From NCBI GenBank assembly GCA_965202585.1, contig OZ241826.1:28148001-28212000 (forward strand): DNA of 64,000 bases, given 5' to 3'. A program made the position numbers and the translations under genes. The notes beneath the pieces were generated by a model. The model had not been told where the DNA came from. It searched no databases and was given only the letters and a program-made list of their open reading frames with translations. This DNA comes from Thalia democratica. Taxonomy: Eukaryota. Shown here one piece after another: positions 63,971 to 64,000 of the stretch; the first letter of the stretch is position 1, and each line of letters begins with the position of its first letter.

Positions 63971-64000
<30 letters not shown>
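63971..64000. repeat. (AT)n microsatellite running off the window end
   Basis: At least 15 AT units. Confidence 0.95.

Overview
AT-rich eukaryotic (most plausibly invertebrate metazoan) DNA built largely from local segmental duplications. Two small gene families are interleaved. (1) Three paralogs of an intronless-CDS ADP-ribosyltransferase (PARP/ARTD-fold) gene encode a duplicated [helix + ART] module, with a near-canonical first ART domain and a degenerate Cys-rich second one. One copy is intact (29987-31687, +), one has a single frameshift (12688-14414, -) and one is a four-lesion pseudogene (4312-6037, -). Copies of a conserved ~150-bp promoter-like unit lie about 2-2.7 kb upstream of each gene, and further 'orphan' copies have no ORF behind them. 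(2) A head-to-head pair of spliced, highly divergent homeobox genes (about 44.4-47/48.9 kb, -; 60.3-63.3 kb, +) is missed by the ORF track. The apparent stops of the two Q/G/N/P-rich ORFs lie inside GTAAG splice donors, and phase-matched 142-nt and 88-nt exons assemble a 63-aa homeodomain ending KIE|RWVSNRR[RK]KFR. A duplicate of the 5' flank at the window start suggests a third paralog just left of the window. Mobile DNA includes Buster/Charlie-type hAT elements with 8-bp nnnTAnnn TSDs (one 5.9 kb carrying a 34-bp minisatellite), a 5'-truncated Penelope-like element and a possible LTR-retroelement fragment. All calls are made by eye; no database search or alignment program was run.
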